This document shows, one piece after another, positions 10,062 through 20,455 of a stretch of DNA of 47,472 nt. The position numbers and the translations under genes were made by a program. The notes below the pieces were generated by a model, which was given only the letters and a program-made list of their open reading frames with translations, searched no databases and was not told the origin of the DNA. The DNA is from Actinomycetota bacterium (lineage in GTDB: Bacteria > Actinomycetota > Acidimicrobiia > Acidimicrobiales > Aldehydirespiratoraceae), in contig JAACCU010000119.1 in assembly GCA_009937405.1 (NCBI GenBank), forward strand, positions 1 to 47,472, in the 5' to 3' direction. Each line of letters opens with the position of its first letter. The first letter of the stretch is position 1.

Positions 10062-11027
10062 TTACCGGTTCCGGAGGGCAGCTTCGACCCTCGGTCCAGC
10101 GGGATAGGCACCCGGTTCGAACGCGGTGCCGGTGAGGGCAGCGAACGTTTCTTGGTAGATTCCCGCGGCTGCGACCGCCAGTCCCTGACCCAAGGGTGGA
10201 GGGGCACCCACACCGCGATAGCCGTCTCGGGCGTACGCCAGACGCACGTACTCCTTGTCGAGATTCTCGGGCTCCTCGCATGCCGCTCGCTGGCTTTCAA
10301 CAGTAGACGCACGCCAAAACCGCGAGCTATCAGGGGTGTGGACTTCGTCGATAATCGTGAGCATTCCATCAGCATCAAGGCCGAACTCGTATTTCGTGTC
10401 GACCAACACGAGACCGGCTCTTGCCGCAAGCGTTACGCCTCGCGCGAATACGGCAAACGCAATTGTTCGCACCTGGTCCCAAAGGTCAGCTTCAACCAGC
10501 CCCTGATCGACAATCTCACGTTCGGTGATCGGCTCGTCGTGAGCCCCATGCTTCGCCTTCGTGGTGGGCGTGATGATCGCCTCGGGAAGGGCATCGTTCT
10601 TCTGCAGGCCATCGGGGAAATCAAGCCCATAGATGGTGCGCTCACCTGCCGCGTACTTGGTCCACAGCGCCGTCGATGTGGACCCTGATAGACGGCCGCG
10701 AACAACGACCTCAACCGGCAGCGGGCGGCATTTGCGGCCAATGGTGACATTGGGATCGGGGATCGACACAATGTGCGACGGCACCAGATCATCGATGCGT
10801 TCAAGCCACCAAGCGGCCAACTGGTTGAGAACCTGCCCTCGATAGGGAACGGTGCCGAGCACATGGTCAAAGGCGGAGATCCGATCAGTGGCAATCAACG
10901 CAACCTCATCGCCGAGGTCGATCACATCACGAACCTTGCCCCGCATCATGATGCCGAGATCACTCACCGCATCCGGGTCCAGTCCATCGAATGGGTCCGC
11001 CAGCGCTGGTGTGAGATCGAGTGTCAT
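10062..11027 (-). CDS. purC: SAICAR synthetase (long form)
   Basis: GKVRD, TDRISAFD, TPTTKA, DTKYEFG, DEVHTPDSSRFW, LDKEYVR. Confidence 0.96.
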   Translation of the reverse strand: MTLDLTPALADPFDGLDPDAVSDLGIMMRGKVRDVIDLGDEVALIATDRISAFDHVLGTVPYRGQVLNQLAAWWLERIDDLVPSHIVSIPDPNVTIGRKCRPLPVEVVVRGRLSGSTSTALWTKYAAGERTIYGLDFPDGLQKNDALPEAIITPTTKAKHGAHDEPITEREIVDQGLVEADLWDQVRTIAFAVFARGVTLAARAGLVLVDTKYEFGLDADGMLTIIDEVHTPDSSRFWRASTVESQRAACEEPENLDKEYVRLAYARDGYRGVGAPPPLGQGLAVAAAGIYQETFAALTGTAFEPGAYPAGPRVEAALRNR

Positions 11028-11815
11028 TGTGCTGCCGCTACGAAGGCATCAAAGAGCGGGCGACCAGTGTTGCCAGCGGGTCCGGATGGACGCTGCCAAT
11101 CGATCACATGATCTTCAGGGTGGGGCATAAGGCCAACCACGGTTCCGGTCTGATCGCACAAACCGGCAATATCAGCCACGGACCCATTGGGGTTCGCGGG
11201 ATAGAGGCCGGCTGCCGGAACCGGGTCATCAGAGGTCGGACGGGTGCCGTCGGCCAGATACCGGAACGCAACCAGGCCATCCGCTTCGATCTGGCGAGAA
11301 ACGGATTCGTTGGCGACTGCAATGCGCCCCTCACCATGAGCGATCGGGCAGCGGATCGTGGCTCCGCGGGCCGCACCAAGCCACCCGGAGCGACAGCCTG
11401 GCTCCACCCGGACCGTGACCCAGCGACACTCGAAACGGCCGGCCCTGTTTTCGGTGAGCGTGACGTCGCGAGGACGACCGAGCGGGCCGGGCAGCAAGCC
11501 CGACTTCACCAAGACCTGGAAGCCGTTGCAGATCCCGAGGATCGGCCGCTCCTCGGACACCGCTTCGGCCAGTTCGTCAGCGAACCAGGTGCGTAGTTCG
11601 AGGGCGAGACGTCCGCCTGCACCGAGCGCGTCGCCGTAGGAGAAGCCGCCGGGCAGCAGAATCGCCGCGTGGTCACCAATGCGAACAGAGCCGTCACGCA
11701 ACTCGTTGATGTGGACGATGCGGGCGTCGCCGCCGGCAAGGCGAATGGCCTGTGCGGCCTCGCCATCACGGTTGGTGCCCGATGCATGCGGAATCAGGAT
11801 CGGCGGTGGCCTCAT
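11024..11815 (-). CDS. purQ: FGAM synthase glutaminase subunit
   Basis: GTNRD, PGGFSYGD, LGICNGFQ, AHGEG, NPNGS, GLMPHPE. Confidence 0.95.
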   Translation of the reverse strand: MRPPPILIPHASGTNRDGEAAQAIRLAGGDARIVHINELRDGSVRIGDHAAILLPGGFSYGDALGAGGRLALELRTWFADELAEAVSEERPILGICNGFQVLVKSGLLPGPLGRPRDVTLTENRAGRFECRWVTVRVEPGCRSGWLGAARGATIRCPIAHGEGRIAVANESVSRQIEADGLVAFRYLADGTRPTSDDPVPAAGLYPANPNGSVADIAGLCDQTGTVVGLMPHPEDHVIDWQRPSGPAGNTGRPLFDAFVAAAQ

Positions 11816-14670
11816 CCGGCCGCTCTCCCAGTGAACGCCTCAACGGCTTGGTTCATGCTCAACTCCACCAATACGAGGTCGGATGAGTCAAGGGAGTTCG
11901 TATCGTCGCTAGTGCCACTGGACGTTCCTATGACGATCCTGTCACCGCCGGTGACCTCGCCAATTCGGCGACCGAAGTCGCCGAGCACAGCAGCAATGGC
12001 GTCGCCGTTCTCTGGGGAGCCGGTGAGCACCAGTCGCCCGGGGCCCTCATTGACGAGTGATGTGAACGGATCCAAACCATCAGCGGGGACCACGACCAAT
12101 ATCCCGAGACGCGCCGCCAGTGCCATCTCCGCTAAGGCCACGGCAACTCCACCATCACTACTGTCGTGTGCCGCGGTGATGAGCCCGGCAGCAATCGCGG
12201 CATGAATGGCCCGGTAGCGGGGCAGCGGGTCGACGAGGGGAACGGGTACCGTGCTGGCGCCGAGACCGAACACGTCAGAGGCCAACGAGCCACCAAGGTC
12301 AGCCCTGCCCTGCCCGACAAGCCAGATATCGTCACCGGGCTGCATGCCGGCAGAGTCAATGGCCCGACCCAGGTCGGGGACCAGTCCAAGCGCCGAAATG
12401 AGCAGTGTGGGAGGAATTGCTTCACCATCGAACTCGTTGAAGAGGCTGTCCTTGCCGCTGATGAACGGCATCCGATAGCGACGGGCGCCATCGGTGCATC
12501 CCTGCACGGCCCGCACCAGCGAGCCAAGGCGGTCGGGCTTCGTTGGGTCGCCCCAGCAAAAGTTGTCGAGCACGGCCACGCGGTCTGGATCCCCGCCGAC
12601 GGCAACCAGGTTTCGCACGGCTTCGTCCATGGCATGAAGCGCCATAGCCCACGGGTCGTGGCGGCCAATGCGAGGGTTGATTCCGTTGCTGAGCACCGCA
12701 GCGAGGGTGCCGTCAGTGCCGAGTGGCTTGAGAACGGCGGCGTCAGCGGGGCCATCAGCTTCAGGGCCGACGAACGGCCGCACCACCGTGCCGCCGCGGA
12801 CTTCATGGTCAAACCGGCGAACGATGTCTTCCTTGGATGCCACATCAGGGTGAGCCAAAAGTTTCAGGATCATCGAAGCCGCCAGCTCAGGCGTCACGAC
12901 CTGTTTGGGCGCGGGATCCGCCCATGCACCCGTCATCTCCCGCCGGGGAAGTCCGTTGTGCAAGAACGACATCGGAATGTCGACCACAGACGTATCACCG
13001 TGACGGACAATGAGCCGTTGGCTGCCCGTGAACGTACCGAGATCGGTGAGCTCCACATCCCAGGCATCGCAGAGAGATTGAAGATCGGCCGTATTGGCCG
13101 GCGGAACGGCGATGACGATGCGTTCCTGAGCCTCGGACAGCCAAATCTCCCACGGCTGCAGGCCCGGGTACTTGAGCGGCACCGTGGAGAGATCGACTTC
13201 AACACCTAAATCTTCGCCCATCTCGCCGACCGACGACGAGAATCCGCCTGCACCACAATCAGTAATTGCCGTGTAGAGCTTCGCATCGCGGGCCAACTCG
13301 ATGACTTCGATCAGGCCCTTCTCTGTGATCGGATCACCGATCTGCACAGCTGAGCCGCCAGAGTCCACGGTGGAGGCATCCATACCCGCGGAGGAAAAGG
13401 TGGCACCGTGGATGCCGTCGCGGCCGACACGACCACCGATCGAGATGATGCGGTCGCCGATGTGTGCCTCCGTCGGGTGCATGCCGTGGGGAAGGAGCCC
13501 GAGTGCGCCGCAGTAGACGAGCGGGTTGGCCGTGTAGCCCTTGTCGTACAGGACGGCTCCGTTGACCGTTGGCAACCCGAGTTTGTTGCCATAGTCCCCC
13601 ACTCCGTTCACCACACCCTCGCGAATTCGGCGTGGGTGAAGAACGCCCGCCGGGAGCTCGCTGTCGGGCAAGTCGGGCGGACCAAAGCACAGCACATCGG
13701 TACAGGCGATCGGTCGAGCCGACACGCCGATCACGTCGCGAACCACGCCGCCGACGCCGGTGTTTGCGCCGCCAAATGGCTCCAAGGCTGACGGGTGATT
13801 GTGGGTCTCCACCTTGAACGCCAAGTCGAAGGTGTCGTCAAAGGCAATGATGCCGGCGTCATCAACGAAAGCGCTCCGAAGCCACCAGGGATCGAGCTCT
13901 TCGGTGACCTCGCGAAGCGCGGGTAGAAGCCCATCGTGAATGGAGACGGTAACGGTGCCGTCAGCCTCAGTGTGAGTGAGCTCAATCTTGGCGCGGAATG
14001 TCTTGTGGACGCAGTGCTCAGACCAGGTCTGAGCCAGCGTCTCAAGCTCGGCATCAGTTGGCCATCGACCCTCTGCGACGAAATGAGCTTGGATTGCCCG
14101 CATCTCGTTGACGTCGAGAGACAAGACGCGTTCTCGGCTCATTTGGGCGAGCGCATCGTCGGACAGTCCGTCGAGCTCCACCAGATCAACGCGAACATCG
14201 GCCGCGATGGCACCGGCGAACTCAGGGTCCATCTCACCCTCGCAAGCGTGCTCGATCGTGTCGTTGGCGAGCAGACGACGCGTCAATCGAGCAACGTCGT
14301 CATCAGACAGGTCACCGTGCAACTCGTAGCGACGCGCCGTAGAAACTTCGATGGCCGCAAAGCCCAGCTCAAAGGCGGCGCGCTCAAGTTCGCGGGCCTC
14401 GCCATCGGTGACGCCCGGTCTCGGAGCCACCTCGACGACTCGACCACCAGCGCGGGCCGGGGCATCAATTGTGTGGACGTCGACCACAGGGTCAACGAGC
14501 ACCTCAGCACAAAGGCGAACGAGGTCAGCGTCGCTCAGCTCGCCGCGAACATGATGGACCCGGGTAACCGTGCAACCGACAAGTCGATCCACACCGATTA
14601 ACGGTGCCGAATCAAGAATCTGCCCGGCCGCAGGATCGTCAGACGCGGTGACGTCAATGCGAACAACCAT
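11812..14670 (-). CDS. purL: FGAM synthase synthetase subunit with two N-terminal PurS-like domains
   Basis: QTWSEHCVHK, KVETHNHPS, DGIHGATFSS, DCGAGG, SEAQER, ISGKDS; about 140 aa N-terminal extension; ATG 14670 is 7 nt after TAAGTT. Confidence 0.95.
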   Translation of the reverse strand: MVVRIDVTASDDPAAGQILDSAPLIGVDRLVGCTVTRVHHVRGELSDADLVRLCAEVLVDPVVDVHTIDAPARAGGRVVEVAPRPGVTDGEARELERAAFELGFAAIEVSTARRYELHGDLSDDDVARLTRRLLANDTIEHACEGEMDPEFAGAIAADVRVDLVELDGLSDDALAQMSRERVLSLDVNEMRAIQAHFVAEGRWPTDAELETLAQTWSEHCVHKTFRAKIELTHTEADGTVTVSIHDGLLPALREVTEELDPWWLRSAFVDDAGIIAFDDTFDLAFKVETHNHPSALEPFGGANTGVGGVVRDVIGVSARPIACTDVLCFGPPDLPDSELPAGVLHPRRIREGVVNGVGDYGNKLGLPTVNGAVLYDKGYTANPLVYCGALGLLPHGMHPTEAHIGDRIISIGGRVGRDGIHGATFSSAGMDASTVDSGGSAVQIGDPITEKGLIEVIELARDAKLYTAITDCGAGGFSSSVGEMGEDLGVEVDLSTVPLKYPGLQPWEIWLSEAQERIVIAVPPANTADLQSLCDAWDVELTDLGTFTGSQRLIVRHGDTSVVDIPMSFLHNGLPRREMTGAWADPAPKQVVTPELAASMILKLLAHPDVASKEDIVRRFDHEVRGGTVVRPFVGPEADGPADAAVLKPLGTDGTLAAVLSNGINPRIGRHDPWAMALHAMDEAVRNLVAVGGDPDRVAVLDNFCWGDPTKPDRLGSLVRAVQGCTDGARRYRMPFISGKDSLFNEFDGEAIPPTLLISALGLVPDLGRAIDSAGMQPGDDIWLVGQGRADLGGSLASDVFGLGASTVPVPLVDPLPRYRAIHAAIAAGLITAAHDSSDGGVAVALAEMALAARLGILVVVPADGLDPFTSLVNEGPGRLVLTGSPENGDAIAAVLGDFGRRIGEVTGGDRIVIGTSSGTSDDTNSLDSSDLVLVELSMNQAVEAFTGRAAG

Positions 14671-14861
14671 TCCTCGCAACTTAGACGGAACCGAGGCAAT
14701 CGCCACGGACTGGTCATGTTCTGTTTGCGCTCACCCTCCTCTACCCCCTCGGATCGACATCCCAGTTGCCTGGCCTCATCCCTGAAGAGAGTCAGGGACC
14801 ATCAATAGCGCGTTCGCGATACGTCTGCATTTGGCCGCACGCGGACCACAATGAGTGAGAT

Positions 14862-17800
14862 ATGAAGTCCGATCGCATCACGTATCCACCGGAGCTTCCA
14901 ATCACAGAGAGACGTGCGGAGATCCTCGACGCCCTCGTCTCCAATCAGGTCGTCGTCGTGGCCGGAGAGACCGGTTCGGGCAAGAGCACACAGCTGCCAA
15001 AGTTCTGCCTGGAGGCCTTGGCCGACGATGACCGGCTGATCGGCCACACCCAGCCCCGCCGACTTGCCGCTCGCTCCATTGCCGAGCGACTGGCCGCCGA
15101 GCTCGGAACCACAGTCGGCGGTCTTGTCGGCTACACGGTGCGTTTCCACGACGAGGTTGGGGCCGATACCCGCATCCGCCTCATGACGGATGGAATCCTC
15201 CTTGCCGAAATTCAGCGCGATCCAATGCTTCGGCGCTACCGCACGCTGATCATCGACGAGGCCCACGAACGCAGCCTCAACATTGACTTCCTGCTCGGCT
15301 ATCTGGCTCGGCTACTCCCCCAGCGTCCCGACCTCAACCTGATCATCACCTCAGCCACAATCGATACCGAGCGGTTCTCCGCCCACTTCGATGGAGCTCC
15401 GATCATCGAGGTGTCCGGACGCACGTATCCGGTCGAAGTTCGCTATCAACCGCCCGCCAACCCAAATGATCCCGAAGCGCCAAACCTCGACCAGCCGGAG
15501 GCAATCGAGCAGGCTGTTCGTGAGCTCCTCCGAGATCAGCCCGGCGACATGCTGGTTTTTTGTTCCGGCGAGCGAGAGATCCACGATGCTGCCGATCACC
15601 TACGCGACCAAAAGCTCGGCGATCTCGAGATCCTTCCCCTCTACGCCCGCCTCTCCCCCGCTGAGCAACAACGGATATTTAAACCCGCCGGTAAACGTCG
15701 TGTGATCTTGTCGACCAACGTCGCCGAGACCTCCCTCACCGTGCCCGGCATCCATGCGGTCATCGACACCGGCCTGGCCCGCATTTCGCGTTTCAATCGT
15801 CGCACCAAGGTCCAACGACTCCCAATCGAGCCGATCTCACAAGCCTCTGCGAACCAGCGTGCCGGCCGCTGCGGCCGGCTCGGCCCAGGCGTCTGTATTC
15901 GCCTTTACGCCGAAGACGAATTCAATGCACGCCCGGACTTCACCGAACCGGAAATTCAGCGCACCAATCTGGCGTCGGTCATCTTGCAGATGGCCGCCCT
16001 CGGCCTCGGCGATGTGGCCAACTTTCCGTTCGTTGATCCACCCGACATGCGAGCGGTCCGCGACGGGATTCTCCTGCTTGAGGAACTCGACGCGGTGACC
16101 CCAGAGCACGAGGGAGAGAACGGCTGGCTTACGCCGCTGGGTCGCCAACTCTCCTCGCTTCCCCTTGACCCGCGCATGGGCCGCATGCTGCTCGAAGCCG
16201 AGGACCACGGCTGCGTTCGGGAGCTACTGATCATCGTCTCTGGGCTGTCGATTCAAGACCCTCGGATCCGACCGAATGGCGTCGGGTCAGGGGCCGCGCA
16301 ACAAAAGGCCGCCGAGTTCCACCAGCGATACACCGATGACGAATCTGACTTCTTGTCCTACCTCCTGCTCTGGGAGCACACTCGTATCGAGCGGGCGGCT
16401 CGCAGCGGCAACGGGTTCCGGCGCATGTGTCGAGACGAATACCTCCACTTTCTCCGCATTCGGGAGTGGCAAGACGTTCACAGTCAGCTGCGCCGCTCGG
16501 CGCGTGAACTCGGCCTCCAGATCAACGATAATGATGCGCCGCCGATGGCCATCCACCAGGCCGTGCTCGCCGGGCTTCTCTCTCACATCGGATTCTTTGA
16601 CCCGGAGCGACGCGAATATCGCGGCGCCCGCAACGCTCGGTTTGTTGTCGCTCCTGGTTCAGCGCTTCGCAAGCGCACACCCAAGTGGGTGATGGCTGGG
16701 GAACTGGTCGAGACAAACCAGCTTCGGGCCCGCACGGTTGCGCCCCTAAACCCGCGCTGGCTCGAACAATCGGCATCACACCTCATGCGCTGGGACTATT
16801 CCGATCCTTGGTGGGATGAACACCGGGGCGCGGCCATGTGCCATGAACGAGCATCCCTGTACGGGCTTCCCGTCGTCCCCAACCGAGCAATCAACCTCCA
16901 TCGAGTCGACCCCGCGCTCGCCCGGGCCCTCTTCGTTCGCAACGCGCTCGTCGAGATCGACCCGACTCAGGTGCCATCCACTCCCAACTACGAGTTCGTT
17001 CGCAGCAACGCCACCGTGACCGATGAGATCGTCGAACTAGAGCACAGGCTTCGGCGCCATGATCTCCACTGCTCCGATGATGAATACGTCGACCGGTATG
17101 TGGCCCTCCTGCCCGACAACGTTGTGTCGCGGGCGCACTTTGAGAAGTGGTGGAGCAAACACCGTCGCCAACACCCCACAGCCCTCGACCTCGCTCTTGT
17201 CGACCTGGTCGGCGATGGTGTGGGACCAATCGAGTCGATGGAGCTACCTAACTCCTGGTCGTACGGCGATCTCGACCTCGCGGTGGACTACCAGTTTGAT
17301 CCGGCCGAGCCGACCGATGGGCTCACGATCGACGTCCCCCTCGAGCACGTCCGTCGACTGCGGCCCCAGCCATTCGAGTGGCTCGTCCCTGCCTGGCGCC
17401 CCCTCATGATCGAAGAGTTGATTCGGACCTTGCCCAAAGCCACGCGCCGCACCCTGCTTCCGATCCCCGAGACCGTCGCAGAAGTCGTCCCGCACCTCGA
17501 CCCGACGGGTGATGCAAGTCTCGCCACCCAACTCGCGGCAGCGCTGACCCGTCACGGCGGCGTCGACGTTCAGCCCCACGAGTTCCGACCAGCTTCCCTA
17601 CCCACCTACCTTCGCCCGCATTTTCGGGTTGTCGACCAAGGCGAATCCCTCGCAGAAGACGACGACCTCGAACTACTTCAGCGTCATCTCCATGAGGAGG
17701 CCCGGGAGCTCTTGGCAAAGACGAGCCATTCGCTCGAACGCACAGGACTGACCGATTGGGACTTCGGCGATTTCCCAGAATCAGTCGAAGCCACCGGGCT

Positions 17801-18602
17801 CGGGCAGCCGGTCACCTCATATCCCACTCTCATCGACGATGGCGACTCCGTATCCGTTCGCCTTGTGGCCGATCTCGACACCCAAACCAGCATGATGTGG
17901 GAGGGCACGCGTCGCCTCCTACTCCTTCATCGGCCGCCCGTCGGCCGGGTACTGCGAAACCTTTTGACCGAAGACGTCAAGTACGCCATCGTCGTGAGCC
18001 CCTATGACTCGCCGTCATCCTGGTTCGACGATTGTCTGATTGCATCCACCGACGAAGTTCTGCACCGCCATGGCGGCCCCGTGTTCGGCGAGGCTGGCTG
18101 GAAACGGCTGATCGGGGCGTACCGCTCCGAGCTTGCTCACGCGTTGATGGATGTGGCCAACGAGGGAGTGGAGGTCCTTCATCGGGCCCGAGATCTGCGC
18201 CGATCCCTCGACTCGCTCACTGCGCCGGCCCTTCAACCAGCGCGATCCGATATGGCCGAACAACTCGACCGTCTTGTCTATGACGGCAGCCTCGCTGCGG
18301 TCGGTGCCCATCGACTAGGCGATGTCGGCCGGTACCTTCACGGCATCGAATGGCGCCTTGGCCGCATCACCGACGGGTTGGCCCGCGATCGCGACCGCAT
18401 GGCCAATGTCCGAGCGCTCGAAACACATCACGAGGCTTTGGTGCAGCAATTTGGGATGACCGAGAAGTTGGAGTCGCTGATGTGGCAACTCCAGGAACTA
18501 CGAGTTTCACAATTCGCTGAATCCATCGGCGCAGCAGGGGCAGTGAGCGTCAAGCGGGTTCGCTTCGAGCTTGAACGGCTGACTCAGGGAACGTCGGCGT
18601 AG
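14862..18602 (+). CDS. hrpA: ATP-dependent DEAH-box RNA helicase HrpA
   Basis: GETGSGKST, DEAH, SAT, TNVAETSLT, QRAGRCGR and long HrpA-type C-terminus (WLVP, QELRVSQFA). Confidence 0.96.
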   Translation: MKSDRITYPPELPITERRAEILDALVSNQVVVVAGETGSGKSTQLPKFCLEALADDDRLIGHTQPRRLAARSIAERLAAELGTTVGGLVGYTVRFHDEVGADTRIRLMTDGILLAEIQRDPMLRRYRTLIIDEAHERSLNIDFLLGYLARLLPQRPDLNLIITSATIDTERFSAHFDGAPIIEVSGRTYPVEVRYQPPANPNDPEAPNLDQPEAIEQAVRELLRDQPGDMLVFCSGEREIHDAADHLRDQKLGDLEILPLYARLSPAEQQRIFKPAGKRRVILSTNVAETSLTVPGIHAVIDTGLARISRFNRRTKVQRLPIEPISQASANQRAGRCGRLGPGVCIRLYAEDEFNARPDFTEPEIQRTNLASVILQMAALGLGDVANFPFVDPPDMRAVRDGILLLEELDAVTPEHEGENGWLTPLGRQLSSLPLDPRMGRMLLEAEDHGCVRELLIIVSGLSIQDPRIRPNGVGSGAAQQKAAEFHQRYTDDESDFLSYLLLWEHTRIERAARSGNGFRRMCRDEYLHFLRIREWQDVHSQLRRSARELGLQINDNDAPPMAIHQAVLAGLLSHIGFFDPERREYRGARNARFVVAPGSALRKRTPKWVMAGELVETNQLRARTVAPLNPRWLEQSASHLMRWDYSDPWWDEHRGAAMCHERASLYGLPVVPNRAINLHRVDPALARALFVRNALVEIDPTQVPSTPNYEFVRSNATVTDEIVELEHRLRRHDLHCSDDEYVDRYVALLPDNVVSRAHFEKWWSKHRRQHPTALDLALVDLVGDGVGPIESMELPNSWSYGDLDLAVDYQFDPAEPTDGLTIDVPLEHVRRLRPQPFEWLVPAWRPLMIEELIRTLPKATRRTLLPIPETVAEVVPHLDPTGDASLATQLAAALTRHGGVDVQPHEFRPASLPTYLRPHFRVVDQGESLAEDDDLELLQRHLHEEARELLAKTSHSLERTGLTDWDFGDFPESVEATGLGQPVTSYPTLIDDGDSVSVRLVADLDTQTSMMWEGTRRLLLLHRPPVGRVLRNLLTEDVKYAIVVSPYDSPSSWFDDCLIASTDEVLHRHGGPVFGEAGWKRLIGAYRSELAHALMDVANEGVEVLHRARDLRRSLDSLTAPALQPARSDMAEQLDRLVYDGSLAAVGAHRLGDVGRYLHGIEWRLGRITDGLARDRDRMANVRALETHHEALVQQFGMTEKLESLMWQLQELRVSQFAESIGAAGAVSVKRVRFELERLTQGTSA

Positions 18603-19340
18603 CCGAGCCAACAACCCTGCTCAACGTCATCAGGGAGCTCGGCGGTGATTGCCCTCGCCACTTCAGGCAGCCGGTAGCAGGGGATCCGGATGTCGACGTG
18701 ATGGGGCAAGTGCACCATGATCCAGTGGAGAACAATGTCCCAACCGCGACGACCCCACAAGACAGTGGTGCCCTCGACCTGACCGCGGAATCGATTCCAA
18801 TCGGCCCGAGGCCACCAGCGAATCTCTGGCGAAATGTGATGGACGTAGACAAGCCAGCCTATGACCTGGCAAAACAACAGGAACGGCACCACTACGACCT
18901 TGGCCCAGATCCATAGGCCGGCCACGCCAGCGAACCCAACACTCAGCGCAAACCCAGGAGCGGCAATGGAACTTCATTCGAGTCGGTGGACCAGCTTTTG
19001 GACCCGGCCGAGTTCGCTGTACTGGGCAACGGTGAGCGGTTGCCACACGACGTTAATTTGTTTGCGAAGGGTGTGGCCGTGGTGAACGCGGTTGTGACCG
19101 AAGATCCATACCTCAACTGCGTGCAGCGACGGGAAGAATCGAATAGGGCGCCGTGTGCGGCACCAGCAGCAACGGGTTGTCGGTCACCACGACACCCCAT
19201 ATTGCGACGCCGTGGACAATCAGATCGCGAGCAACGAGGCCTATCCCTCGGATCAAAGATCGCTGCTAGCAGTGTTCGGGGACGACTTCCAGGACCGGCT
19301 TGAGACCAGTGGGTTTTGGTGGCATCTCACTCGACAACAT
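18584..19340 (-). pseudogene. Decayed membrane-bound fatty acid desaturase
   Basis: Manual translation: LKPVLEVVPEHC*QRS (TAG 19266-19268), remnant AAHGALF, frameshifted GHNRVHHGHT, HRLE* (TGA 18974-18976), YVHH, HLPHH...IPCYRL; three His boxes spread over different frames. Confidence 0.88.
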
Positions 19341-19404
19341 AGATGAGGACACGAATAGAGCCTGCCGATTGGCTGGCAGACAGGCAACCTCGAGTTCCAG
19401 GTCC

Positions 19405-19836
19405 CTAGCCACGCTCAAAGCGGCATGCCACCGTTGTGACCGAATTGATCCCGTTCAGCGCGACGCCAATCGCTTCATGCAACGTCTTTCTCGTTCTCCA
19501 AGCTGCACTTCTGTCGGGCAGCAGTTCGTCAATCGCCACCACAAAGCCCATCAGTTGGGCGGGACGCTCGATCAGAACCTGTTCGGTGTGCATATCGACG
19601 AGTGACCTGCTTGGATCCGGCTCGCCCTGAAATGGCCATGTCATCGGGCCGGTCACCCGCTCAACCACGGTTCGCAACTCGACGAGATCACCGTCCCCGG
19701 CCAGGATCAGGGCCGGAGCATCGGAGGTTTCATTCGGCGTTGTCTGGGGTCGAAGGTCGACGGCGTCTCGACAGAATCCGGTCGGCAGATCACCGACAAG
19801 TTTTACGTAGGCCCGCCGGATTTCCCCAGTGCTCAC
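19405..19836 (-). CDS. Hypothetical protein (about 143 aa)
   Basis: GTG start overlaps the nitroreductase stop (GTGA); fills the space with protein-like composition; no recognised motif. Confidence 0.6.
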   Translation of the reverse strand: MSTGEIRRAYVKLVGDLPTGFCRDAVDLRPQTTPNETSDAPALILAGDGDLVELRTVVERVTGPMTWPFQGEPDPSRSLVDMHTEQVLIERPAQLMGFVVAIDELLPDRSAAWRTRKTLHEAIGVALNGINSVTTVACRFERG

Positions 19837-20432
19837 CAACTGCCCCGGTGCACGATTGTCTCGAGGGAGCGGCGAGCGCGGCCAGCCGATTGAGACGGAC
19901 GATCGGGCGCTCGATGGCCGATGGCGATTGCGCCGAGCGCTCGCAACCCACTGGGCACGCCGAAGGCGACTCGCACGGCGTCCTCATGATCAAAGAGACC
20001 GAAGAGCAGCGCGCCGAGCCCTTCGTTCTCCGCCGCGAGTAGCAGTGTCATCGCCCCCGCCCCACCATCGATGAACCAGTAGGGAACCACCCACGCAGCG
20101 GTGGAAGCGCCCAGACCCGTGTTCGTCTTGTCGGGTTCGGCGTAGCGGCGTACGTAGGCGGCCGGGTCGACCCATGGCACGATCAGGACGTGTGCGTGCA
20201 AGAGCTCGGGCCATGGGAACGTCGACCGTCGCTTCGCCGGAAGGGTTGTATCCCAGTAACGGCCCGTTTGTTCCGGGCCTTCAAGGACCAAGAACTCGAT
20301 GCTTGCAGTATTTCCAGCCGAAGGGCCCCGTCGTGCCGCATCGAGCATGCGATCGACAACCGCACCGTCGACAGGCTCTGTGGTGAAGGCGCGGGTCATT
20401 CGGCGGCGGCGGATCAGCTCCTCGAACTCCAT
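19833..20432 (-). CDS. Nitroreductase family protein
   Basis: IRRRRMTRAF, ARRGPSAGN, IDGGAGAMTLLLAAENEGLG, GAIAIGH. Confidence 0.9.
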   Translation of the reverse strand: MEFEELIRRRRMTRAFTTEPVDGAVVDRMLDAARRGPSAGNTASIEFLVLEGPEQTGRYWDTTLPAKRRSTFPWPELLHAHVLIVPWVDPAAYVRRYAEPDKTNTGLGASTAAWVVPYWFIDGGAGAMTLLLAAENEGLGALLFGLFDHEDAVRVAFGVPSGLRALGAIAIGHRAPDRPSQSAGRARRSLETIVHRGSW

Positions 20433-20455
20433 GATCGCCCCGGCCGGGGAATCAG

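Noticed and set aside
14671-14861. ZMP/ZTP or purine riboswitch upstream of purL
   Set aside because: No recognisable aptamer consensus; only a 7-bp hairpin (14779-14798), and purL appears leaderless
19341-19404. Intrinsic terminator after the 143 aa ORF
   Set aside because: Imperfect stem (GCCTG...CAGGC) with a long loop and no U-tract
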